This document shows positions 19,018 to 28,555 of a stretch of 64,000 nt of DNA, one piece after another. The stretch comes from Myxococcota bacterium (lineage in GTDB: Bacteria; Myxococcota_A; SURF-8; G963663525). Where the stretch lies: assembly GCA_963663525.2 (NCBI GenBank), contig CAXXHC010000001.1:1030572-1094571 (forward strand). Direction: 5' to 3'. Under the pieces are notes generated by a model that was given only the letters and a program-made list of their open reading frames with translations, did not search any database and was not told the origin of the DNA. The position numbers were made by a program, and so were the translations under genes. Numbering within the stretch: position 1 is the stretch's first letter; each line of letters begins with the position of its first letter.

Positions 19018-19920
19018 GAGTCTATCCCAGTAGGCCGGAAGCGCGCCAAGTAATAATTCCGAGGGCGAAATGTAGCATGGCTAGATAGCAATCGGCGCGT
19101 TTCTCCCAGCGGATTAGTATTCGCCGGAAACGGTTCAACCAACTGTGCGTCCGCTCCACCACCCAACGTCGCGCCTTGAAACCAGCCTCATCCTTGATCG
19201 CCTTCGCCTCCTCGCCCCGCGAACGAATGTGAGCCGTGAACCCGAATGCCTTCACCAATTCCCGAACCTCGTCGAAGTCGTAGCCCTTGTCCAAGCACAA
19301 CCCTTGCGGTTTCTTTCGCGTAGGCCTCGGACGTTTCGTTTCGATGCTTTCCAGCGTCGCCTTCACCAGCTTCATGTCATGCCGGTTCGCCCCGTCCACG
19401 GCCACGGCCAACGGGATTCCCTTCGCCTCCACCAACAGACTTCGCTTGACCCCTTGTTTTCCGCGGTCGGTAGGGTTTCGGCCCGTTTTTTTCCCCACCC
19501 AGCGGAGCTTTGGTCATCGCGCCGTCCATCGAACACCAAACCCAGTCGACACCCTTGAGCTTGTCGTACTCCAAAAGGCCCTGTCGCCAAAACGCCTCGA
19601 ACACCCCGGCCTTGGTCCACTCCATAAACCAGCGGTGCGCCGCACTGGACGAGCAGATGCCCGTCGCGTTAAGCGCGTTCCACTGACAGCCGGTGCGCAA
19701 AACGAATAGAATGGCGTTCATCGCGTGGCGCGGCGGAACCGGCGGGTTATGGCAACCCAAGGGATGAGGTTTTCGCGCAGGCAAGAGCGGCTCCATCTTT
19801 TCCCACAATTCGTCCGGGATTCTCCATCCATCATCTTGGGTTGCCAATCCCATATTTATCTCCTGTAAATATACTATATTCACAGGACTATAGCACAATT
19901 CACCCTACTGGGATAGGCTC
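19018..19920 (-). mobile_element. IS5-family (IS427/IS1031-like) element, copy 2, mosaic
   Basis: Ends gagtctatcccagtagg / cctactgggataggctc. Flanks on the + strand are TAA (19015-17) and TTA (19921-23), which is not a direct repeat. Confidence 0.85.
19022..19853 (-). CDS. IS5-type transposase (orfA/orfB, +1 frame at the A7 run)
   Basis: orfA is identical to copy 1. Most of orfB is identical to copy 3 (..ESIETKRPRPTRKKPQGLCLDKGYDFDEVRELVKAFGFTAH..), but the last ~30 aa are copy-1-like. Confidence 0.85.
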
Positions 19921-20018
19921 TTAATGGCAAATCAGTGCTCATGTATCCGTGGAGGCCATTTAGAAGCGACCGGCGGAGAGTTTCCCCTCCGCCGGTCTAG
20001 TCCCGACCTCCTTTCCGG

Positions 20019-20288
20019 CTACTGGTTGACCGCCACGCCGCCGTCGACCTTGGGGGTCAGCGCGAGGATGGCGCCATCGTCGGGCCGCTCGTGCAGCTGG
20101 CAGTGGACGCCGTTCAGCGTGAGCGCGTAGCCCTGGCTGTCGAAGCCCGCCGAGGTGAGGGCGTCGGCGCAGGTGGAACCCGCCGGGACGGTAACCTGGC
20201 GCTGCCTGCCGATCGAGACGACGGTGACGCGGATGCCGTGGTTGCGGTTCTGGGACTGCTGGTCGTGGTTCTGATTCTGATCGTTCAT
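20019..20288 (-). CDS. ThiS/MoaD-like beta-grasp (ubiquitin-like) small protein with an N/Q/H-rich leader and a Gly-Gly 5 residues before the stop
   Basis: Preferred start is the ATG at 20288 (GGAGGA RBS 7 nt upstream); the track ORF extends to 20333. MNDQNQNHDQQSQNRNHG-IRVTVVSIGRQRQVTVPAGSTCADALTSAGFDSQGYALTLNGVHCQLHERPDDGAILALTPKVDGG-VAVNQ. The pattern parallels ThiS (xVNGxxxxVxxGxTvxdLLxxlg.....vAvxvNGxxv......l.DGDxvxixxxvxGG). Confidence 0.6.
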   Translation of the reverse strand: MNDQNQNHDQQSQNRNHGIRVTVVSIGRQRQVTVPAGSTCADALTSAGFDSQGYALTLNGVHCQLHERPDDGAILALTPKVDGGVAVNQ

Positions 20289-20427
20289 GGGATTCCTCCA
20301 ATGGTTGGGATGATGGGCGCGCTGCCCGGACACAAAGACGCCGCCTCGCAGGCGGCTGTGGTGATGATGGAGTGATGTGCGTACAGACTGGTATTGTCTG
20401 TACGTACGTACAAAGGGAGTAGGCCAA

Positions 20428-21201
20428 TTACCTGGCGTTGTCTACGGTGTCGGCATCGCTGTTGTCGTCGTCGCCGTTGGGCTGGATGACGCCGCGCAGG
20501 TTCTCGAAGATGGCCTTGAACTGACGGATCTCCTGCTCGTTGCAGTCTTCTTCTTTGTCGAGTTGCAACACCGCATACGTGCCGGTCGGCATGGTGAGCG
20601 AGAGCCGGGTCTTGCAGGTGAACAGCGGCAGGTCGGCGCGCTGTCCATCAGGGAGTTGGAGTTTGCCGAGAAAGTAGCGTGCAAGATAGCGCTGGACCGG
20701 CTTGCGGCTCGTGGCTTTTGCGCGAATGATGAACGGGTTGCCGTCGTCCGTGTCGAGTCCGAGCATCGTGTATACGATGTCGCAGTCGGGAATCGCTTCA
20801 TGGCCATTGCCACGACCCCAGAGACGATGAGGGCAGGTGGCGCAGTCGACAACCTCACCATCGGCGCGGATGCCTTCCAGTCCGTCATCCGAACGACAAT
20901 GTTCGGTCATGCCGGAGTTCTCCGAGTACGTCGCCCATCGGCGGGATTTCTTGATGTGAAGCAGGACACAGTGGATCTCGTTTTTGGCTTCTCCGGTCAG
21001 CGTGTTGACAAACACGTCCTTCGGAGCCCAGGAGCCGTCCGGCAGGCGGCGTTTTGTGTTGTAGACAAAGGCGGGGAGCGGCCGATCTTCATTGTCCAGA
21101 TGGGACAGGGCCTGAAGACCGGCCAGCTCATGGATGAGGGATTGGGGGATGGGAAGTTGATGGTGGGTATCGGTCGCCGTGCTGACCACGTTTGTTGACA
21201 T
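20428..21201 (-). CDS. Hypothetical 257-aa protein with a Cys/His cluster; function unknown
   Basis: GGAGG RBS. Cys/His cluster: HCRSDDG..VDCATCPHRLWG..IPDCD. Acidic tail. Co-directional and 139 bp upstream of the beta-grasp gene. I recognise no family. Confidence 0.6.
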   Translation of the reverse strand: MSTNVVSTATDTHHQLPIPQSLIHELAGLQALSHLDNEDRPLPAFVYNTKRRLPDGSWAPKDVFVNTLTGEAKNEIHCVLLHIKKSRRWATYSENSGMTEHCRSDDGLEGIRADGEVVDCATCPHRLWGRGNGHEAIPDCDIVYTMLGLDTDDGNPFIIRAKATSRKPVQRYLARYFLGKLQLPDGQRADLPLFTCKTRLSLTMPTGTYAVLQLDKEEDCNEQEIRQFKAIFENLRGVIQPNGDDDNSDADTVDNAR

Positions 21202-21275
21202 GGGAAACCTCCGGTTTGGGTGGTGATTGTGTGCGCGTACGCGAAACGATGGGCACGGGCCTTGATGGCAGCTAC

Positions 21276-22874
21276 CCTGAATAATTCACAATGTCGGGAA
21301 TAACGAAAGGGCGTTTTCTGTTTTATCGAGTGAGATCAAGCACTTGTAGTGATAAAACAGAGGAAACGCCCATGACGCAGTGTAGCGGAAAACTTGAGCT
21401 TGGCGCAATCGGAAAACGCACAATATCGGTCGATTTCAATGGTGGAGCCATCGCTTCCGACGGAGGAATCCTGCTGTTGCGGGAGGTGGAACGCCGGGTT
21501 GGCCTGATCCATCGCCTGTCCGGTTGTCTTGAAGATCGCCGTGACCCGAACCGCATTCGCCACACGGTGGAGGATCTCCTGCGCCAGCGGGTGTTCCAGA
21601 TCTGCTGCGGCTACGAAGACGCCAACGACGCCGACAGGCTCCGCTCGGATCCTGCCTTGAAAACCGCTTGTGACCGCGAACTCGATCCCGACGATGACCT
21701 GGGAAGCCAGCCCACGCTGACTCGCCTGGAAAACGCGGCGGACAACGACACGATCCAGCGTCTGTTGCAATCCCTGGTGGATCACTGGCTGGAGCATCGC
21801 CAACGACCCGCCGATGGCAGGATCATCCTCGACGTGGATTCCACCGACGACGAGACCCACGGGCAACAGGAGTTTGCCGAATTCCACGGCTATTATCGGC
21901 ATTACTGCTATCAGCCGGTGCTGATTCACGATGGCGAAACCGGCGATCTGATCCTGCCTTTTCTGCGTCCCGGGCGGGTTTCGGCCAGGCTGGGCGCGGA
22001 CGGGCTGTTGATCTACCTGGCCGACCGCGTTCGTGAGAAATGGCCCGGCGTGCAGGTGATCGTGCGCGGCGACTCCGGTTATTGCGGCGAGGATTTCTAC
22101 CTCGAACTCGAAACGCATGGCATCGACTACGTGCTTGGCATCGCGAAAAACGCCAACCTCAACAAGCTTGCGGAGACGGCGATGAAGGCGGCGCGGCTGT
22201 TTTCGGCCATGACCGGCCGCAAGACGACGATCTACGCCGAAGGCCGGTACCGGGCCGGATCGTGGACGACCTCCCGGCGGGTGATTGCCAAGGCCGAACG
22301 CCTGAAAGACAAGGACAATCAACGGTTTGTGGTGACGACGCTCGACGAGCCGCCGGCGTGGATCTACCGGGAGTTCTACGTCAAGCGCGGCGAGGCGAGC
22401 GAAAACCGGATCAAGGATCTCAAGCTGGATTGCTCCGGAGACCGCTTGAGCTGCCATCGTTTCATCACCAACTTCTTCCGGCTGATTCTGCATATGGCAG
22501 CCTACGCCCTGATGCACGAGTTACGCAAAGCGTGCAAAAGCACCAAGTTCGGCACGGCGAGAATCGAAACGCTGAGATTGAGGCTGCTCAAGATCGGCGT
22601 TCGAATCCGACAGACGACGCGCAGAATCTGGTTCCATCTGTCCGAATCCACCCCGGAGAAAGAACTCTGGACGGAGATCATGAGAAAACTTGTGGCGGCG
22701 TAACGAAAACCCCGGTCGGCCCGATCCGGGCGAAAAGGAGGCGCGATGACAACCGATAGATCCAAGGGGGACGAAACCAGAGGATAGGTTTGTCCGATCC
22801 TCGAAAATCGTTTCAAATTCGATCGGACATCTCTCGCCCAAAAGTCCTCGACGAAACGTCATGAATTTTCCAGG
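21276..22874 (+). mobile_element. IS1380-like (IS4-superfamily) element, about 1.6 kb
   Basis: Imperfect terminal inverted repeats cctgaataattcacaatgtcgg / reverse complement of cgaaacgtcatgaattttccagg (about 15 of 21 match). Possible TSD (G)CTA on both sides; ends are accurate to +/- 2 bp. Confidence 0.6.
21372..22703 (+). CDS. IS1380-family-like DDE transposase
   Basis: ASDGGILLLREVERRVGL, GSQPTLTRLEN, ILDVDSTDDETHGQQEFAEFHGYYRHYCYQPVL and IVRGDSGYCGEDF match the motif layout I associate with IS1380/DDE_Tnp_1-type enzymes. Preferred start is the ATG at 21372. Confidence 0.8.
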   Translation: MTQCSGKLELGAIGKRTISVDFNGGAIASDGGILLLREVERRVGLIHRLSGCLEDRRDPNRIRHTVEDLLRQRVFQICCGYEDANDADRLRSDPALKTACDRELDPDDDLGSQPTLTRLENAADNDTIQRLLQSLVDHWLEHRQRPADGRIILDVDSTDDETHGQQEFAEFHGYYRHYCYQPVLIHDGETGDLILPFLRPGRVSARLGADGLLIYLADRVREKWPGVQVIVRGDSGYCGEDFYLELETHGIDYVLGIAKNANLNKLAETAMKAARLFSAMTGRKTTIYAEGRYRAGSWTTSRRVIAKAERLKDKDNQRFVVTTLDEPPAWIYREFYVKRGEASENRIKDLKLDCSGDRLSCHRFITNFFRLILHMAAYALMHELRKACKSTKFGTARIETLRLRLLKIGVRIRQTTRRIWFHLSESTPEKELWTEIMRKLVAA

Positions 22875-23214
22875 CTAAAGTGCCCTCGTTGGTGAGATGA
22901 AGGACTGGATGACCTGTAGATCAACCAGTTCTCTCTATTGACTTATGTCCAGGAACTGTGCGGATTTACGCTTGTTCGCCGTGTACGTACGGCAAGAAAA
23001 GCCGGGCCAAAAAAAAACCTGGCCAGTTATACTGGGACTCCAGTAAGTCTTTTTCCGATCGAGATTCTATTTTGTTATAGCGCTAAGTCAGGGCGAAGAT
23101 GATGGTGTGGTTCGGAAGTAAAATTTCGAGATTTCTCAATCCCAGTCATTTGATCGAGTTGCGGATTGAGTACAAGCGGCCGATGATGGCGGTGCAGACC
23201 TATCTTCACCATGC

Positions 23215-23242
23215 TTGACAATCGGGAAATACCGTGTACGAT
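23215..23242 (+). promoter_or_regulatory. Candidate sigma-70 promoter (TTGACA-16 nt-TACGAT)
   Basis: TTGACA at 23215-20 and TACGAT at 23237-42, located 22 nt upstream of the small ORF at 23264. A direct repeat gattcataat x2 follows. Confidence 0.3.
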
Positions 23243-23263
23243 TCATAATATACGAGATTCATA

Positions 23264-23428
23264 ATGAACAAGAAACAACACTTCTTTAGGGAAGCACCTC
23301 AATTTTACCGAATCGAGAGTTGGTTCGAATTAGGTACGGAAGCCTGGGGCAGGTGCTCTCTCGTGGTGACAGAGTGGCGGTCCCGGGCAGGCTTGATCTT
23401 TCTTACGGATGAATTAATCGAGTATTAA
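23264..23428 (+). CDS. Possible 54-aa ORF preceding the membrane protein gene
   Basis: Hand-translated: MNKKQHFFREAPQFYRIESWFELGTEAWGRCSLVVTEWRSRAGLIFLTDELIEY*. The stop is 11 nt before the next ATG. Below the track's size cutoff, no family recognised. Confidence 0.25.
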   Translation: MNKKQHFFREAPQFYRIESWFELGTEAWGRCSLVVTEWRSRAGLIFLTDELIEY

Positions 23429-23439
23429 ACAGGGAAAAC

Positions 23440-24018
23440 ATGCAGAGCGGCTCAATGAAAGAAAAAGAATTCAGAAAGCTTGACGTAACTATTCCGACCA
23501 AGCTCAAACGTAACGCCACAGTTTCGATCTTAATAATCCTTGTCATTGTCTTTGCATGTTTCGCTCTCCTGACTGGGGTAGTAAAAGTCGAGTCCGGAAG
23601 GCTTGCAAACTCTGTGTTTTTCTCCATACTTGCGATCGGCGTCGTTCTCGTTGCGATGTTTTCCCGGTTCCTGGACATCCTGGCCATTTGGCTGATGCGC
23701 ATCTCCTTTTCAGCGGAGGGTAAGATCTTGCTCAAGCCCTGCTTCGGCATTTTTTCTTCCGGCACGATCCCATCCTTTGAATGGGAGGGAAAGATTGGCG
23801 ACATCCTGGGCGTGGATGTGGTCGTCGAACAAGAGCATGACTCACTTTCCGGAACCATGATAGGAGGGATGGCCGCGTTGCTGCCCAGCCCCAAGTCGAT
23901 CCTCGTCCAAATGAAAGACGGCAGCGATGTACGCGTAGCGGTGATCCATAACGAAAAAGCGGCTTTTGAGATTGTCGACGAACTCCTCGCGGCTTTCGAC
24001 CGACTGAAATCCAGTTAA
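23440..24018 (+). CDS. Hypothetical two-TM membrane protein with a soluble C-terminal (PH-like?) domain
   Basis: Two hydrophobic helices (VSILIILVIVFACFALLTGVV; SVFFSILAIGVVLVAMF). AT-rich region. The antisense ORF 23403..23894 is judged a shadow. Confidence 0.55.
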   Translation: MQSGSMKEKEFRKLDVTIPTKLKRNATVSILIILVIVFACFALLTGVVKVESGRLANSVFFSILAIGVVLVAMFSRFLDILAIWLMRISFSAEGKILLKPCFGIFSSGTIPSFEWEGKIGDILGVDVVVEQEHDSLSGTMIGGMAALLPSPKSILVQMKDGSDVRVAVIHNEKAAFEIVDELLAAFDRLKSS

Positions 24019-24056
24019 GACACTGTATGGTGCGGACATCTATTGGAAAAGACTTA

Positions 24057-24923
24057 GATAGTGTCGTCACGAGAAGTCGAATATTCTAGACATGATCATT
24101 GTCTTTTTGATATATTTCTTTTGAATAGAATATATCAAAGGGAACTGCTATGGAAGCCGCCTATCATCGTCATGACATTTCCGATCATGCATGGGAACTC
24201 TTGGAACCTCATTTACCGGGACGCAAAGGTTCTTGGGGTGGTGTTGCCGAAGACAATCGACGCTTCATCAATGCTGTTTTCTGGATTCTTCGCACCGGTG
24301 CTCCGTGGCGTGATCTGCCGCCGGATTATGGCGACTGGAACAACACCAACCGTCGCTTTTGCCGGTGGCGCGATAAAGGAATCTGGGAGGGATTGCTCGA
24401 AATCCTCATCGACGATCCCGATTACGAATGGTTGATGATCGACGCCAGCCACGTCAAAGTTCACCCGCACGCGGCAGGAGCGAAAGGCGGCAACCAGGCG
24501 ATGGGCCGCACAAAAGGGGGCTCAACACTAAAATACACCTGGCCGTGGATGCGCATGGTAATCCGGTCCGAGCGATTGTTACGGAGGGTCCACGAGCAGA
24601 TTGCAAGGAGGCTTGCGCACTGATCGAAGGGATCGATGCCGAGTATCTGCTGGCCGATCGTGGCTACGATACGGACAAGATTATCGAAGAAGCCGAAAAT
24701 GCGGAGATGGAGGTGGTCATCCCGCCGAAGAAGAATCGGAAGGTCCAACGACCCTACGACAAAGAGCTTTACCGTGCGCGGCATCTGGTCGAAAATGCCT
24801 TTTTGAAGCTGAAACGCTGGAGGGGAATTGCTACGAGATACGCAAAAAATGCCGCATCTTTCCTCGCCGCCGTTCATATTCGATGCCTCTTTCTTTGGCT
24901 GGATATCTCGTGACGACACTATC
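24057..24923 (+). mobile_element. Second IS5-family (IS427-group-like) element, 867 bp
   Basis: Perfect 17-bp terminal inverted repeats gatagtgtcgtcacgag / ctcgtgacgacactatc. Flanked by TA on both sides (24055-56 and 24924-25). Confidence 0.85.
24150..24913 (+). CDS. IS5/IS427-type transposase, orfA (24150..) and orfB (-1 frame) overlapping at an AAAAGGGGG run
   Basis: orfA: HRHDISDHAWELLEPHLPGRKG..RRFINAVFWILRTGAPWRDLP. Fusing ..GRTKGG (frame 0) to LNTKIHLAVDAHGNP.. (-1 frame) recreates the usual GRSRGG-L.TKIH motif. DDE part: ADRGYD...ENAFLKLKRWRGIATRYAK. Confidence 0.85.
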
Positions 24924-24925
24924 TA

Positions 24926-25831
24926 GAGCCTATTTCAGTAGGCAGTGAGGTTGTGGTATAATTTTGTAAATATACTATATTTACAGGAGATCAGGATGGG
25001 CTTGGCAGTGAAGGACGATGGCTGGCGCATTTCGGACGAGTTGTGGGAAAAGATGGAGAAATCTCTTCCCGAACGCAAACCTCATCCATTGGGATGCCAC
25101 AATCCTCGCGTTCCCGACCGGGATGCGATGAACGGTATTCTGTTCGTGTTGCGGACGGGCTGTCAGTGGAATGCGCTGAATGCCACGAGGATCTGTTCGT
25201 GCAGTTCCAGCTATCGCCGATTCAGGGAATGGACCGAAGCCGGGGTGTTCGAAGAATTCTGGCGGCAAGGCTTGTTGGAGTACGACAAGCTTGAAGGCAT
25301 CGACTGGTTGTGGCTTTCTCTGGATGGCGCGATGACGAAAGCTCCGCTGGGTGGGGAAAAAAACGGGCCGAAACCCTACCGACCGCGGAAAACAAGGGGT
25401 CAAGCGAAGTCTGTTGGTGGAGGCGAAGGGAATCCCGTTGGCCGTGGCCGTGGACGGGGCGAACCGGCATGACATGAAGCTGGTGAAGGCGACGCTGGAA
25501 AGCATCGAAACGAAACGTCCGAGGCCTACGCGAAAGAAACCGCAAGGGTTGTGCTTGGACAAGGGCTACGACTTCGACGAGGTTCGGGAATTGGTGAAGG
25601 CATTCGGGTTCACGGCTCACATTCGTTCGCGGGGCGAGGAGGCGAAGGCGATCAAGGATGAGGCTGGTTTCAAGGCGCGACGTTGGGTGGTGGAGCGGAC
25701 GCACAGTTGGTTGAACCGTTTCCGGCGAATTCTCATCCGCTGGGAAAAGCGAACGGACACCTATATCGCCATGTTGCATTTCGCCTTGGGGATTGTCACA
25801 TGGAGAGCAACCGGCCTACTGAAATAGGCTC
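24926..25831 (+). mobile_element. IS5-family (IS427/IS1031-like) element, copy 3, 906 bp
   Basis: Ends gagcctatttcagtagg / cctactgaaataggctc. Right flank is TTA. The left flank becomes TTA once the adjacent IS (24057..24923) and one of its TA duplications are removed. Confidence 0.85.
24996..25827 (+). CDS. IS5-type transposase (orfA/orfB, +1 frame at the A7 run)
   Basis: MGLAVKDDGWRISDELWEKMEKSLPERKPHPLG... in the orfA frame, then GKKTGRNPTDRGKQGVKRSLLVEAKGIPLAVAVDGANRHD... The same A7 run (ggggAAAAAAAcggg) is present. Confidence 0.85.
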
Positions 25832-25853
25832 TTAAATGAAGAGACAGGATAGC

Positions 25854-25915
25854 ATGATGAAAAAATCAAGAATCTTCATTATTCTTGCACTGATATCTGT
25901 TTTGTTGGGTGTTCT
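25854..25915 (+). pseudogene. 5' part of a small (68-aa) membrane protein gene split by nested IS4 and IS630 insertions
   Basis: atgatgaaaaaatca... = MMKKSRIFIILALISVLLGV(L). It continues in frame at 28556 after removing both IS elements and one copy of each duplication. Confidence 0.65.
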
Positions 25916-27324
25916 CATTCTTGTCCAAAACAAGAATTTGTGATGAGTTGAAAATTGTCCTTTCCGTGGATCGTGTAGAATCGGATTGAACAAAAACGAT
26001 TTACCCTCCCCGCGGAAAGGACTCGACGATGGTACGTGTAGCCAGCCTTTTCAGTCAACTGCTTTCTCATTTTCCCCGCAACGATTTTCAGCTTCTGGTT
26101 TCCAACCATAACGCCGAATTCCGATCCAAAGGCTTCAGTTGCTGGTCGCAGTTCGTGGCCATGCTGTTTTGTCAAATGGCCCATGCAGACAGCCTGCGCG
26201 AGATTTCCAACGGCCTCAAATGCTGTCTGGGCAAACTCCGGCACCTGGGATTGACCAAGGCACCACCGCGTTCCACCCTGTCCTATGCCAATGCCCATCG
26301 ACCCGCCGAGCTCTTCCGCGACCTGTTCTACAAAAGCTACGAACGCTTCCAGGCCCACGGCGGACTGGGACATCGAAAAGCCAAATTCCGCTTCAAAAAC
26401 AAGCTGTTGTCGCTGGATGCCACCACCATTTCCCTGTGCCTCAAGCTGTTCGACTGGGCGTCCTATCGACGCGCCAAAGGCGGCGTCAAGGTCCACACGC
26501 TGCTCGACCACGACACGTACATGCCCGTCTTCGTGCAGATCACCCCGGCCAGACTCCACGACGTCCGCATCGCCCAGACGCTCGAACTCAATCCCGGCTC
26601 CATCGTCGCCATGGACATGGCCTATATCGACTTCGATCTCTTCGCACGCTGGAGCGAAAAGGGCATTTTCTTCGTCACGCGGCAAAAGAAGAACGCCGCG
26701 TACGAGGTCGTCGAGACACGGCCCCTGCCGAAGCACCGCAACATTCTCTCGGACGAGATCGTCCGCTTCACCGGAACGCTCACGAAGAAAAAATGCCCGC
26801 ACCTTTTGCGGCGGATCGTGGTTCGGGATCGTGAACGCGACCGGGACATCGTGCTGTTGACCAATCACCTCGACTTCGGTTCCACCACGATTTCGGCCAT
26901 TTACAAGGATCGGTGGGAAATCGAACTCTTTTTCAAAGCCTTGAAACAGAACCTCAAAGTCAAAACGTTCGTCGGAACCAGCGAAAACGCCTTGGAGATA
27001 CAGATTTGGACAGCCTTGATCGCGTTGCTGGTTATCAAATGGCTGTACCATCTCTCCAAGGCAGGATGGCCCCTTTCGGTCCTGGCGTCCATGCTGCGGA
27101 TGAATCTCTTTACCTACCGCAATCTGATCGCCTGGCTTCACGATCCGTGGAACGTGGAACCGGTCGTGCCCCTACCGGAACAACTCGACCTGCCTCTACG
27201 GCTTTTCGGACAGCCGAAACCCGTCCAAAACACAACCTGAACCCGAAAAAAGCGGGTTTAGACGAAATTGTTCAATGATTTTAAAAGGGGGAATTCGCAG
27301 ACACCGTTGTTTTGGACAGCAGTG
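25916..27324 (+). mobile_element. IS4-family element (DUF4372-type transposase), 1409 bp
   Basis: Terminal inverted repeat core tgtccaaaacaa / ttgttttggaca. Direct 9-bp TSD GGGTGTTCT (25907-15 and 27325-33). Confidence 0.8.
26029..27240 (+). CDS. IS4-family DDE transposase with an N-terminal DUF4372-like region
   Basis: LFSQLLSHFPRNDFQLLVSNHNAEFRSKGFSCWSQFVAMLFCQMAHADSLREI (DUF4372-like), VAMDMAYIDFDLF, YKDRWEIELFFKALKQNLKVKTFVGTSENA. The antisense ORF 25915..27141 is a shadow. Confidence 0.85.
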   Translation: MVRVASLFSQLLSHFPRNDFQLLVSNHNAEFRSKGFSCWSQFVAMLFCQMAHADSLREISNGLKCCLGKLRHLGLTKAPPRSTLSYANAHRPAELFRDLFYKSYERFQAHGGLGHRKAKFRFKNKLLSLDATTISLCLKLFDWASYRRAKGGVKVHTLLDHDTYMPVFVQITPARLHDVRIAQTLELNPGSIVAMDMAYIDFDLFARWSEKGIFFVTRQKKNAAYEVVETRPLPKHRNILSDEIVRFTGTLTKKKCPHLLRRIVVRDRERDRDIVLLTNHLDFGSTTISAIYKDRWEIELFFKALKQNLKVKTFVGTSENALEIQIWTALIALLVIKWLYHLSKAGWPLSVLASMLRMNLFTYRNLIAWLHDPWNVEPVVPLPEQLDLPLRLFGQPKPVQNTT

Positions 27325-27334
27325 GGGTGTTCTA

Positions 27335-28555
27335 GTGGATCATTCGGATAGAAAAGCGGGGTATAGAGATTTGAGTTTGATACGAGCATCTTCGGTTGTG
27401 AAACGCCAGTCGACGCCGATTTGACATTTGTTTCGGTTTCGTTCCCATGCCTTGATTTCTTTGCGCATGTTGTTGATCTCACCGATCCGTCGCGACAAGC
27501 ACTGCCGTGTCATGGCCGACAATTCGCACTCGGCGATATTCAACCAGCTTCCATGTTTCGGCGTGTGATGGATCTCCAATCTGCGTGCCAGCCGCCGCGC
27601 CTCTTCCGGTTCGAACGCTTCGTACAACGAACCGACGCTGTGTGTGTTCAGATTATCCATGACCAGCACGACCTTTTCGGCGTCCGGATAATCCACTTCC
27701 AGCAAGGTTTTGACTTCCTGTGCCCAATCCTTCTTCGTCCTGCGCTCGCGTGCTTCCACCCGCCGCCACGATCCCAAAGGCTCCGTAAACAGGAAGATCG
27801 CCGCCGTCCCGTTTCGTTCGTATTCGGAATCGAACCGAGCCGGATGACCGGGGGCGACGGGGACCGGAACCCGTGTTTCTCGGATCAACTGCACCGGTTG
27901 CTCGTCCATGCACACCAGGGGCATGGATGGATCGTAAGGGCGTTTGTACACATCCAGCACGTCTTCCATGCGTGCTACGAATTCGGCATTCGCTTTCGGA
28001 GGAATGCACCACATCCGTTTCAGGTGAGGCTTACATTCATTTTTTTACGTGTCTCCATCACCGTTTGAGGCGAGATGGAATCCACGACATTCAACTCCAC
28101 AAGGCGGTCGGCCAACAATTTCAAACTCCAGCGCGAGCGACCCTCGGGTGGCGGCGAGCAGGCCTGAGCGATCAGAACGGCCTCTCCCTCGCCGTCTAGT
28201 TTGCGTTTTCTGGAAGGACGCTCCTGCTTCTTTCGATTCAACGCGCCTTCAAGTCCGCGTTCGACGAAGCGTTGCCGAATCTGGGCCACCGTCGAGGCAT
28301 GGCATCCGTAGGCTTCGGCGGCTTTTTCGTCAATCCAGCCCGGACCGTCAGCATCCACCGCCAGCAATACGTGAGCATGACGGATCTTGTAAGCCGCCGT
28401 GCGCCCTTTTTTCACCAGAGCCTCAAGGTACTCCCTTTCCTTATCCGTGAGACGAACGATATAATATTTGGCCATTATCTTCTCCATTCAATATTCTACA
28501 GTAAATGGAGATATTGTACTCGAAAATACTCATCGATTCAATACGAATGATGCAC
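27335..28555 (-). mobile_element. IS630-family element, 1221 bp, TA target duplication
   Basis: Ends gtggatcattcgg... / ...cgaatgatgcac. TA at 27333-34 and 28556-57. Confidence 0.85.
27340..28475 (-). CDS. IS630-family transposase, two frames joined by a -1 slip on A AAA AAA
   Basis: HTH part: MAKYYIVRLTDKEREYLEALVKKGRTAAYKIRHAHVLL... It ends ..ETRKK then stops. Re-reading one A on cgtAAAAAAAtg gives ..RKKNECKPHLKRMWCIPPKANAEFVARMEDVLDVY.. (the usual KK..LKP..KK.WCIP junction). DDE part: VCMDE...VLVMDNLNTH...HHTPKHGSWLNIAE. Confidence 0.85.

Noticed and set aside
19960-20427. 155-aa minus-strand ORF overlapping the beta-grasp gene in another frame
   Set aside because: It is P/R/A-rich and low in complexity, has no RBS, and spans the intergenic palindromes. 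The alternative frame has a strong RBS and a domain-like pattern.
25915-27141. 408-aa minus-strand ORF
   Set aside because: It is the antisense shadow of the IS4/DUF4372 transposase, which carries the recognisable DDE motifs.
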